Assembly (NCBI RefSeq): GCF_036588685.1
Contig: NC_086378.1
Span: 31,496,001 to 31,560,000, forward strand
Direction: 5' to 3'
DNA from: Mytilus trossulus
Taxonomy: Eukaryota
Length of the DNA: 64,000 bases
Shown: positions 1 through 11,074 of the stretch, one piece after another
Numbering within the stretch: position 1 is the first letter of the stretch
How the letters are laid out: each line of letters opens with the position of its first letter
The notes under the pieces: model-generated
The model's database searches: none
Told to the model about the DNA's origin: nothing
Seen by the model: the letters and a program-made list of their open reading frames with translations, nothing else
Position numbers and translations under genes: made by a program

Positions 1-1361
1 ACAGGGTAGAAAAATCTAAACTTTGAACAGATTCAAAATCACCAATATGAGCATGCAATTTATCAAGTACTTCCAACGAGTTCTTGACACTCCAAAAGTA
101 ATTTATTCCACTATTTTCGAAGGCCTTATTTGAACAATTTATTATAAGGTTTTTAATTGTACCAAGTGTGCTGGTAAAAAGAATAGACAATTTAGTAGTT
201 GAACAATGGCTTGAAGACGAAATAAATCTATATTTGTAAGGGGTTTTGTGTAGCCTTTGAAGCCAATACATAGTTGGGACTTCCATTGTATTTGGCTCTG
301 CTTGTAAAGCGGTGGCTAAAAGTTTATGTTTGTTACAGATTTCGTTTTCTGAAAATGGAGTCAGTTGGAATGTTGGTGAATTGGTGATTTCCTTTTTCAG
401 AACCTCAATGTAAAATTTACGTCAAACAATAATAATATTATTAGCAGCTTTATCGGCCGGGACAAAAACAAATTCCTTGGCTAGTTCTTTTAGTTTATGT
501 TTGATACGAGAAATAGGTTTATTGTGGTTATTGTTAATAGTAAAATGTTCTTTAAAATGTTGAATACGTATATCAACTATCTTCATTACTGAATTAAAAA
601 AAGAGTCCAAAGATTTTTTGTCAGCTTTTTCCCGTTTTATCCATTTCATACAGTAAGTATGGGAGTGAGTCGTGGATGATATTACGACACTCATTCCAAT
701 TAATAATTGACGGGGGAAGATATTTAGGTCCTTTACTGAGGAATGATTTTAACTCTCAGTCTTGAACGATGTTAAGATCTCCTGTTATAACATGGGAAAT
801 GGGTCCATAAATATATGCGGAATTACTGCAATTACATGAAGTAGGTGTATTTTCACTGATATTAATATCTTTACACAATTGACTATAATTAAACACAAAT
901 TTCCGGGTAGATTTCTTGTAAATATAACAAATAAGAGGTAGCTCAGTATTGTCAAAATAACCAGTAAATTGTTCTTAAACAGAATGGTCGTTAAATATAC
1001 CGGCAATATTTACAAAATCAAAGCCTTTATTGACATACTTAATTTTAATAAAATGTTTTTTATGATCTTCAGGGCGATCAATTTTGGGAAATAATTTAGA
1101 ATAACAATATGCCATAATAATTTGAACAATTTCATACTTAGGACTGCTATATGAAATTGTGTTGCAATCCTCCAAAATTTTATTTAACTTATTAATCGGT
1201 AACGAACAGAGTTTTGTTAACAGATAATGTCTGCCGTTGTTTTTTGAAATAGAAATTAGGTCCGAAATATTGGTATGATTGGCCCGAAATTTTCTTTGAT
1301 TGCGATTTGTTCTACGACCGTGAGAACGGTTTTTACGAACAGTTTTAGAAACTATATCCAA
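1..1361 (-). mobile_element. Penelope-like retroelement, decayed N-terminal/RT part (continues off the window edge)
   Basis: Minus-strand translation gives PLE hallmarks: FVFVPADKAANNIIIV, PTMYWL..LHK.PYKYRFISSSSHCSTTKLS, and FWSVKNSLEVL...SLDFSTL (RT motif A). Stops and frameshifts are present (e.g. TGA at 422-424). Confidence 0.85.
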
Positions 1362-1404
1362 AATGTTAACGGAATTGGTTCTACCGGTAGATATGCATAT
1401 ATTT

Positions 1405-1545
1405 TAAGGGGCCAGCTGAAGGATGCCTATGGGTGCGGGAGTTTCTCTCTACATTGAAGACCAATTGGTGGCCTTTGTCTGTTGCCTTTTCTTTGGTCGG
1501 ATTGTTGTCGCTTTGACACATTCCCTATTTCCTTTCTCAATTTTA
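1405..1545 (-). repeat. Copy of an abundant dispersed short repeat (AAAATTGAGAA.GGAAAT.GGGAATGTGTCAAAG...GCTGGCCCCT)
   Basis: The same sequence occurs on the + strand at about 13985-14270 and 48350-48555. Confidence 0.7.
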
Positions 1546-2689
1546 CCTTTGTATTTCGACGTACTTCAAACTTATGCAACGCGCTTTAAACGATTGCTAA
1601 GCGTTCCTATGGCGTGCAACTAACGTATACCGACTTTGTCAGTTTTCTCTGTACGTTTGGTGCACGCTGGTCTATCCACCAATGTGTGACGCCGGCATAA
1701 GGTAATCTATTCCTGAGGTAGAAAAGCCTTAGTATTCCAAAGAAAATGCATGGAATTTAACCAGCTGAATTGCAACACATGACAGATTCATAGATGTTAT
1801 AGACTTTTGTAACGATATCGCCTCGTCGTAATTATAGGTTTTGGGTTGGGACTAGCTCAAGCAATAAAAACACGTCTTACATTGACGACATTTAATAAAA
1901 GAGAGCGTAAAACAAAAAGGCGTTTCCGGACATCACTTGTACAATTCCGTTAAACATATAAAACTGAATTACACATATATAAAACATATATATCTAAATA
2001 TATAACACTTTGAACAGACAAAAAAATAAGGCTGATTGATAACTTGGCGTAAAAAATAAATTCATGCAAATTCAAGCGGCCAATCAGTCCATATAATGCT
2101 AATTTGAAGTGACACACCCTTTTAATGAAATGCAGAAAAAAAAGAAAAAAAAAGTGCTCTTTCTATAAGGATACTGTTGCACCGTATTGTAATTTTTTTG
2201 TTATAAGTACATCTCATTTTTTTCAATGTGAAAATATAAACTCAAGGTAGTAAGACTATTGTCGTGGCTAAATGACTCTTAACTGACATGATTTAAATTG
2301 TCCAACCCATTAACAGACTGTATTCCCCTAATATTCATTAAAATGTGGTATAACTCAACTTATATAACAATTATGAAATATTTATAAATGACAATTGATT
2401 TTTAAGAACCAAAGTACTACTTTGTGTCCTTTAAATCATATCTAAAAATGGTTTTCGGCCTTTTATCTAAAATATTGCTATGCGTACAAGCATAAAAACC
2501 ACACACTTGAGCGACGCCTTTTCGTTTTACTAAAAATTGCGCAGGCTATGCATGTTTTTTAATGGTGGAAAATGTTCTATGATAGATATCATTTTGTCAG
2601 ACACTTTTCTTTTTTTGATGTGATTCTCATAATGTGCCAAAAAATCTGTATATTTCACAGAGTTTAACATTAAATTGTGAGTTTTACTC

Positions 2690-2818
2690 TTAACAGACGT
2701 ATAACCAACCCGATTAACAGACCCACCGCCGATATAGCCGCATACTCAATATAGATTAACCGACCTATCTCTCGGTTAGCCGAGTGTCGGCCGTGAAGTT
2801 ACTCTCTTTAAATAAAGC

Positions 2819-2863
<45 letters not shown>
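2690..2863 (+). mobile_element. Probable 3' end of a non-LTR retrotransposon with (ATT)n tail
   Basis: A GC-richer segment with hairpin TAACCGA...TCGGTTA, then AATAAA directly followed by an (ATT)n run at about 2819-2863. Confidence 0.45.
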
Positions 2864-4524
2864 CACAGGATAGTGCGTTGTTGGTGATGACTTGATGACA
2901 TCCAACGAACATTGATTCAACTCGCAGTGATGTATTCAAATATCGTTCATTGGGCTGTTATGGATCTTCCCAGCAGCAAGCAATTGTTTTGCATTTACTG
3001 TTGGTTTCCCTTCAGTGACCAATTGTCATCAAGATTCGACTTGTTGGTTGTTTGACAAATTGTTGGTTTATAAATATTGTTAAAACGTGTTGAATATTGC
3101 TAAATAAATGCCATGACAAATAATTAGCCAAATTTCAAATTTTAATTGTTTGTTTCTTTTCTTGCTTATATTATTCTTGCAAAAAAATGAAACAAATCAA
3201 GTATGTAGTTGTATATTCATTACGCATATTGAATATGCAATAACATAGGTCTATTCTGCGTTCCTTTTAGAATGTCGATCAAAGATGAATAACTAGATCT
3301 TCTTTCACTGTATTGAATTTTTAATTTGCTTATATGTCTTTACAAACAACTTTTTACTGTTGGATATGACAAGTGCTATACTAAACCTCTTTCTAATTAA
3401 TGGAAATCAATTTGATCAGCAAGCTAATTCGGTAATTGGTTATTGTGAAACTAATACTCCTGGGTCAGTGTGAACCAGACTGTGAATACTTTAAAAAAAA
3501 ATATATTTGAAAAGATCAGTTAGAATACATACTAACGTACAGTGTCATTCTCCTTGCAATAGTATTAAAACCTTTGACTATTTTACTCTTAAACACAAGT
3601 ACTTTCCATTCCAAACCTAATACAAATTGACAGAATGATGTCATCTCACTTAATAATACAAGTGTATGCAACAACGATGGACCCTTCGAGATAGCAATAG
3701 CTCACATAAACTTTACTTTTTCTTATACCGGATCAGATAAATAAAACTTGAAATAACTTGTCATTTTAAAATTGTTTTTTCAAATGTCATCCTGCCAACC
3801 AGCAGAGATCCTCTAGTGGAATATGACTTGAATGGTGAATTCTATCTCATCGAACTTGTAATAAACAGATGGTCCGAGTACACAGTTATTTCATAGTGCA
3901 TTTCTCTTCGACAATAAATGGAAATTAAAAAAAATTCCACCTGCGCTTTCTCAATAATATTTTAACAGTGTGTTGTACTACTTTTGGGACAAATTAAATC
4001 ATAATAATTATTATAGAAAACTTCATCAGCTTTAACTGAAAATATGGAAAAATTGTATGGTAAGAGGGTCTTGAAATCTTTTAAGAGCTTCCCAAGTGCT
4101 AATTGTTCATCTTTTTCAGCTGCACCTAATCACTGCTTCACATTAATATTTATGATCCAAATTTTTTACAGTGTCATTTCTGTTTTCATGTAGCAGCATT
4201 CCAGTAGTGCCTACATAATGTTGAGTAGATATTCTATAGATTGCATTTCTTGTCAAGATTTCCTTGATAAAGAATTGTTGCTATAAACGAAGATAAAAGT
4301 TTAAACAGAGAAGTTAAAATCTTCAATTCATAAATTTCACAAACGCCATGATGACACGAAACAACGGTTTCACAGGTTATGACGGATATGTTCAAACAAT
4401 CGTAATAGCAATCTCGTCCTTTTTAGCTCGAGTTCGACCTTATAAATTAACTAGATTTATAACTGTGTTTTTACCTACATGAGTTAACGGGGGCATGATC
4501 TGTTTACCTTTCAGATAACCCCAG

Positions 4525-5481
4525 TTTTTGTCGAGCCTGCAACTTTTGTTGCAGAAAGCTCGACGTAGGGATAGTGATCCGGCGGCAACGGTGTTAGCTC
4601 ACTTCTTAAAAGCTTTATACTTTAGAAGTTTTTGTGTTGTGGTCTGTTTTTATTATACTATATGCAATAGGTCTACTATAATTGGTGTATGGAATGATTG
4701 TAAGGTGTACATGTCTAGCTGACAGGTGTCATCTGACCTTGACCTCATTTTCATGGTTCAGTGGTCAAAGTTAATTTTTTTATTTTTGGTCTATTTTTTC
4801 TAATACTTTATGCATTAGGTCAACTATATTTGGTGTATGGATATATTTTATGATCTATATGTTGGTTACGCAGGTTTTATTTGACCTTGACCTCATTTCC
4901 ACGGTCCGGTGCTCAGTTTTAAGTGTTTGTGTTTTGGTCTGTTTTTCTCATACTTTATGCAATAGGTCTACTATATTTGTTGTATGGAATGATTGTAAGG
5001 TGTATATGTCTAGCGGGCATGTCATCTGACCTTGACCTCATTTTCATGGTTCAGTGGTCAAAGTGATTTTTTTAAGTTTTTGTCTTTTTATCTAATATTA
5101 TATGCAAAAGGTCAACTATATTTGGTGTACTGAAATATATTATGATCTAAATTCAGTCTCGCAGGTTTTATTTGACCATGACCTCAATTTCACGGTTCAT
5201 TGCACAGTGTTAAGTTTTTGTGTTTTGGTCTATTTCTCTTAAACTTTAAGTAATAGGTCAACTATAATTGTTATATGGAAGCTTTGTTAGCTGTACCTGT
5301 CTGCCTGGCATGGTTTATCTGACCTTGACCTCATTTTCATGGTTCATTGGTCTTTGTTTAGTTATCTTGGTTAATGTTAAGTTTATGTGACAGTTGTAAT
5401 AAAGCTTCATACTAAGGACCATCAACATAATATCAATGATTAGTAAAGAAGGCGAGACATTTCAGTGTGTGCACTCTTGTT
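4525..5481 (+). mobile_element. Helentron/HINE-like non-autonomous element with internal ~150-bp tandem array
   Basis: Starts TTTTTGTCGAGCCTGCAACTTTTGTTGCAGAAAGCTCGAC (palindrome), contains repeated TGACCTTGACCTCATTTTCATGGTTCA units, and ends ...GCACTCTTGTT. Decayed relatives lie at about 21041-21800 and 62210-63410. Confidence 0.65.
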
Positions 5482-6099
5482 TGTCTTGGGTTCGTGTTGC
5501 TCAGTCTTGATTGTCTTATGCCTTGTTCTCCTGTCTATTCTATGTTCTTTGGATGGGTTGGTTTATGTTGCTGTTTTCACATTGCATGAACAGTTCGTTT
5601 ACTACTGAGTTTTAACATCCCTTTTGTATCTTCTGCAGATCTTTTAAATTTCAAAGTGTAGGATACCTTGGTGTTTCATTTTTATTTACAGATACGAAGT
5701 TTCCAGCTGCTATGTGTTATTTGTCCTTGGTCTCATTTTTATGTACATGTCTGTCTGGCAAATTTAAACTTTTAAGTTGTAATTATGACTGTCTGTTGAG
5801 ATTTATCTGACAATGTCCTCATTTTCACCGGTTATTAGTCAGTCTTAAGTTTTCATAGTCATGTCCATTTCTCAAATATACTATAAGAAACAGTCAAATT
5901 GTGTATGGCATTATTGCAGGGTGTACATGATTGTCTGGCTAGATTTATTTGACCTTGGACTCATTTTTGTGTTTATTTGTTTTCATGGTTCATTGGCTAA
6001 AATCTTTAATTTTAGAATGATAAGGTGTATTTCATACTATAAGCAATATCTTACCTACAATGTATATTTAAATATATATTTGGTGTATGGCATCATTCA

Positions 6100-6955
6100 A
6101 GAAGAGGGACGTCAGTCAAACTCAATGATCGAAAATAAAATGACAACGCCATGGCTAAAAAGAAAAAAACAGACAAATAATAGTATAGAAGACACAACAT
6201 AGAAAACTACAGACTAAGCAACACGAACCCCACCAAAAACTGGAGGTGATATCATGTACTCCGGAAGGGTAAGCAGATCCTGCTACACATGTGGCACCCG
6301 TCGTGTTGCTTATGTTATTTTACAAATTCGGTAAATATTCTAATTCGGTAGGTCACATTCAGGAAAAGGGAAGGGTATTGTAGTTACGACATAAGGAACA
6401 TATCCAATATCATCTGTCAGAAACGGTTACTCCGTAACGGTCAACCAACTCGTGATGGCGTCCGTAAAATTTACGAAGGGATGATTTCAACTTCATCATT
6501 CCTTGTGAGCAACAATCGTCTATCAATGAAATCATGATAGGAAATACAAGCCCGGGAATATCGTATCAATCGAGAGATATATACTCCGTATGCAGGCGCT
6601 GCTGGAATTTGCTACATAGAGATAGAAAGTTCACAATTGGGAAGCTTAGATCATCTCTTTTGTCGTATTGTTTTGCTTTCAATCGGCCCTCATTAAGTCA
6701 AGATATGAGGCAGACTAAACTGTATTTGTAGTATCTTTTATCCCCAGTTCGATGGATATATGTCAACAAAGTCACCAAATTTTGTATTATTTAATGAGAA
6801 AACATCATCTATATAGCGAAACCTAGTAATTAAAGTATATTGCTAACTTATCTTTCTTCATAAGAAGTTCCCGTATGAAGTCAGCCTCAAAATAATAAAG
6901 AAACAAGTCGGCAAGAAAAGGGACACAATTGGTTCCCATTGGAATTCCGACAGGT
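6100..6955 (-). mobile_element. Penelope-like element RT C-terminal fragment plus 3' region (decayed)
   Basis: Minus strand reads GIPMGTNCVPFLADLFLYYFEADFI, FRYIDDVFSLNN (YIDD at about 6804-6815), SASYLD and YDKRDDLSFPIVNF, with frameshifts. The tail matches repeats near 35140-35365. Confidence 0.85.
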
Positions 6956-7390
6956 CACATGAATCATTGATTATGGTTAGTAAATTCTGCATATTACAGA
7001 CATGCGAAATAGACTGGTCATGATCTATAATTAAAAAAAGGTTGTTTTTTTTCAGATTTTTATCCTAAAAATATAAATAAACAAATTAAGTGATATCACT
7101 TTTTTTTAATATATAACAGATAATATATCCAGTAACAGATTTTGTAGTTGTGTTTGTAAAACATATATATGTACGTCATGTATATGGATGTTTAAACCAC
7201 CAATGCTGTATATCATATTGCACTAAGCTCAAATAAAGAATTTGTCTAATATTCGGCAATTCTTCAACAACACGTTGAAGTCAATGATAAAAACAAGTCC
7301 CTGATAAAGCAAACAAGCACCTGTGACTAATAACGCCACGAGACCAAAGTAAAGTCTTTCAATAAAACAATAATTACAAAATTTCGTTGT

Positions 7391-10300
7391 TTACGCTTGC
7401 ATATAAGTTTCAACATTATTTTTCAGTTTTTCCATAGTTCTAGTAAAGTGTTCCTGAACTTTGTCTGCGTTGTACTCATTATGTCCATGTGGGTTTTTGC
7501 AGATGGGTTTACTACACCGACAGGGGAATGAGTCGTCCTCCACAAAGCATTCGATACCTGCCAAACTACACGCACATGTATTTGGGTCGCACATGTGCTT
7601 ACAGTTGCACCCACTTTTTCTCCGTGAATCTCGAATGTCCTTGCAATCGTCTGCTTCACCTCGATCTATGTTTACTAAGCTTGATTGTCGTAGAAGTAAA
7701 CGCCGCTGAGCAGGTGTCAATCTGTGTTCGGATTTTAAACGTTTTGTAGAATAATACCAATCTTCATCTTCCAGCTTATTTATTGCATTTGTCTCACTTT
7801 GTTCATCTTCCATCGCCGAATCTCCTAATGCCGCGTGGTATGACCTTTTTCTCATTTTAGCATGATCGGCCAAAGAATATGTATCGGAGTCTGTATGACC
7901 ATACGACATTCCTGCAAGTTTTAAAGGAGTAAATTAATAATAAAAAAATAGGATAGCACACCTCACATAATTATACATATTGCTACCCGTTAATAAAAAC
8001 TACATACATCATAAAAAATTATAATGTTCCTTGTCCATGGACTCAATCATTTCAAATTATCAGGCTCTCGGGTCGTTCTATGATCTCATCTGCGAAGCTT
8101 ATGTTTACTTTTTATCATAGTATTTGATCTTGTGGTCTCATGTACTATCATTTGGAATTTCGACTTTTAAGGTATAAATTTTGAGCAAAATATGTTGAAA
8201 CTCGTATCAGAGTTGGCAAATTCACACAAACAAGACCAGGCAAGTCATTTTCATAACAGCATAGACAACCGCAATACTTATGATCACTTATGTTGGTAAT
8301 AATACTGAATCATTTATCTTTAACTTATTGTAAAAAAAAGTAACTAAGAATTTATCATAGCTTTGCTTCGACATAGTACATAGACGTTATTTTATTAATA
8401 GCATCTCAACCTAATTCAGATATTCCTGATTCAAATATAGTCGGTTATGAAATTACTCGAAGGGGAAAATGTGTCTATCATATAAAAAGATCTAGACTAC
8501 AAGTCGGTATGTGGCTAGTCTTGACCGATTCTGTTCTTTCTGTTCTATAAATTTCAAGAAGTTGCGATTTAAAATTAATGATGATCCAATTAAAAAGTTT
8601 GCATATTTAAACAAAATAAGAAGAAATAAAATTAAATTCAGAGACAAATACTTAAGTAACGAAGCAGAGTAAGTCTTGCAAGAATGGACAATTATTCCGA
8701 AGTGTTTTTTTTTATTAAATTCCAGAGTGTCATGGCAAAAGCTGCGTGACGAGTTATACTTTACCTAATGTTGAACCTCCTTCGTGTGGTACGGATGTAA
8801 ATCCTTGTTCTCTCGGGAAATAATACACAGTGACATCCTTAAATCGAACATTCTTTTCATCCTTGGATATTTTCAAGTCGTCTAAATAAAAAGTAAGATT
8901 CAATAGTCATTTTGACGGCAACAGATACAAACAAACAAACAAACAAACAAACAAACAAACAAACAAACAAACAAACAAACAAACAAATATTTTACAAGAT
9001 ATGTGTTTATAGATGTCATATAACATTTACGATGTCTGAGGGAAATGTTTTTTCCAAAGAGATTCACGTTTTCTAGATTTTTTATTTTGTATTAAATACG
9101 AGAAATTGCGAACAAGTGAATTTGATGTCCATCTATGTACGTATTTTTTTAAATTTCGCATTGCAACAAGATGGTGTATTAAAGACTTGAGATCATATGA
9201 AGTTTTTTTATTTTCGTTACGGTAAAGTTTATAACATCTTTATTCTGTTAAACAATGGCTCAAGTTCCTTGTCTGCGACGAATCCATCTTTATTTAATGA
9301 TGTATAATGCAATAATACTTGAAATTCTAGTTGGGCTTCGGTCCAATTTTTTTTCACTTTTGTATGGTGAAATGCATTCTTGTTAAAATATTGATTTATG
9401 TTGCGCTCTTAAAAGACGGTATAATAACTAAAAAAAATCCAGATAATGAATCTAAATATAATATTGCCATCTTAATTATGTCTTTAGATTCTCAAACTTC
9501 GACCAATCTTGCTGTATTGAATTTGATTGGATAATCATTAATGTGCTTTTCGAATCTGCTTAGACTCTATCTCTGCTACTCGGTGACTTTTTACAACGTA
9601 ACTATATCACTGCCTGTAGCCATGCAGGTGACTGCATGGTTGGTATCGCTATTGCATCATTGAATTGGAATTAAAGATTTCATTCTCAATAGTAAAACCA
9701 AGGATTTGTATAGTATGTAAATCCATGGTAAAACAAAGTATATTCCGTTTATTTCGTAGTTATGTCATATACATTTGTGGATTATAAATAACAATGGTAG
9801 ACAGGGGTTACTCTTTTTGGCCGTCTTGTCAGTAACACATCCATAAAATGTGTTGCTATTATGCTATTGATCATTTTAAAATATTTTACGATTCATGACA
9901 TGCAGTTAACAAAGCTTCACATTTGACTAGTACGATCCACAAAAGACATTATTATTGCAGCTAAATCAATGATTTGCATATTTATCAAAGGTACTGCCCA
10001 GGATTATAATTTAGTACGCCAGACTCGCGTTTCGTCTACATAAGACTCACCAGTGACGCTCATATCAAAATATGTATAAAGCCAGACAAGAACAAAGTTA
10101 AAGAGCATTGGGATTCTAACTTGAATTCTAAAAAGTTGTGCCAAAGACGGCTAAGGTAATCTCAGATATGCCTGGGATAAGAAAATCCTTAGTTTTTCGA
10201 AAACTAAGTACATATGTTTGACCAATAACGTGAAATCAAACAAACCTAGACAAATACGACTGCACGTGATCGCTTTCTTTTATATATACAGCCTTCAAGC

Positions 10301-10635
10301 TTAACTTTTGAGCCCAAAAGCCAGAAGCTCCGCCGGCTCATTTTTGTTTTGATTTTAGTTGGCTTCAGTTGTAGAGGTGAATTTTACAAGCCCATTAATC
10401 TGTGGTAAGTTATTTAAAGAGAAGGCCGGCGACATCAGTGCCGTTACTGTACCACTGTCGTCTGCTCGCGGTCACAGTAACGTTAACTCCTTAATGGGCG
10501 TCTATAGTAGGTCTAGCAGCATGGCATTGACGGCTGATATGTTTCTTACATTCGCTTTAAAACATCTACATTGTTCTTAAAATTCCAGTGTAACTTACCA
10601 AAAGAAGCCATACAATTATCCATTCCCAAGTCCAT
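7391..10635 (-). CDS. CSRNP: Cysteine/serine-rich nuclear protein (CSRNP/AXUD1) family, compact 224-aa form; exons 10635-10599, 8881-8765, 7911-7391
   Basis: Spliced product [56 protein letters not shown]... contains the CSRNP signature V.F..VTVYYF.R.QGFTSVP..GGSTLGM and the Cys cluster GC.C...[13 protein letters not shown]....SFPC.C. Both introns are GT-AG and phase 1. Exon 1 is less certain than exons 2-3. Confidence 0.85.
8928..8986 (+). repeat. (CAAA)n microsatellite
   Basis: Perfect tetranucleotide run in CSRNP intron 1. Confidence 0.95.
9983..10203 (-). mobile_element. Partial retrozyme copy with type I hammerhead (10016-10059), core variant CUGGUGA
   Basis: Minus strand reads GCGTCA-CTGGTGA-GTC TTATGTA GAC-GAAA-CGCGAG-TC-TGGCGT. 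Flanks match the element at 32655-33105. Confidence 0.8.
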
Positions 10636-11074
10636 CAGACAAGTCACATACGGAAGTTTCACTCTGTACTGGGGTGTATAACACTAGTTTCAGCTCAGAA
10701 CGGTTGCATTTACATACTACGGGCTATGCCGAGCGAAAGCCAGTCACGTATAATGTAGGCCAGTCATGCCATGGTGATGTTTATGCCGGGTGTTTATATC
10801 AATTTCGTTTTTAAGACAAAAGGTGTCGTGACAAGCAAGTTATGTTATTGTATTTACGTGGATTAGACAACCGGATGTTTTAAAAATTATAGGTAAGATA
10901 GCATTTAGGAATTTTACGGAAATCTGTTGTGGCTATTCCGTATCTGATTTATAGATATTTTGAGTGATCACACGAACGTTTGAAAGTACGTTAAAAATTA
11001 TCAGAAAATGTAGCATGTAAGTAACATTGACTGAGAAAAAGTAAAAAAAATGTGGTGACTTTGAAAATCAAATT
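10636..11074. promoter_or_regulatory. Putative bidirectional promoter/5' UTRs between CSRNP-like and MRPS17
   Basis: The two start codons diverge with 439 bp between them; the region is CpG-richer than its surroundings. Confidence 0.6.

Noticed and set aside
10359-10580. 73-aa + strand ORF near the CSRNP start
   Set aside because: TTG start, antisense within CSRNP intron 1, no recognisable domain.
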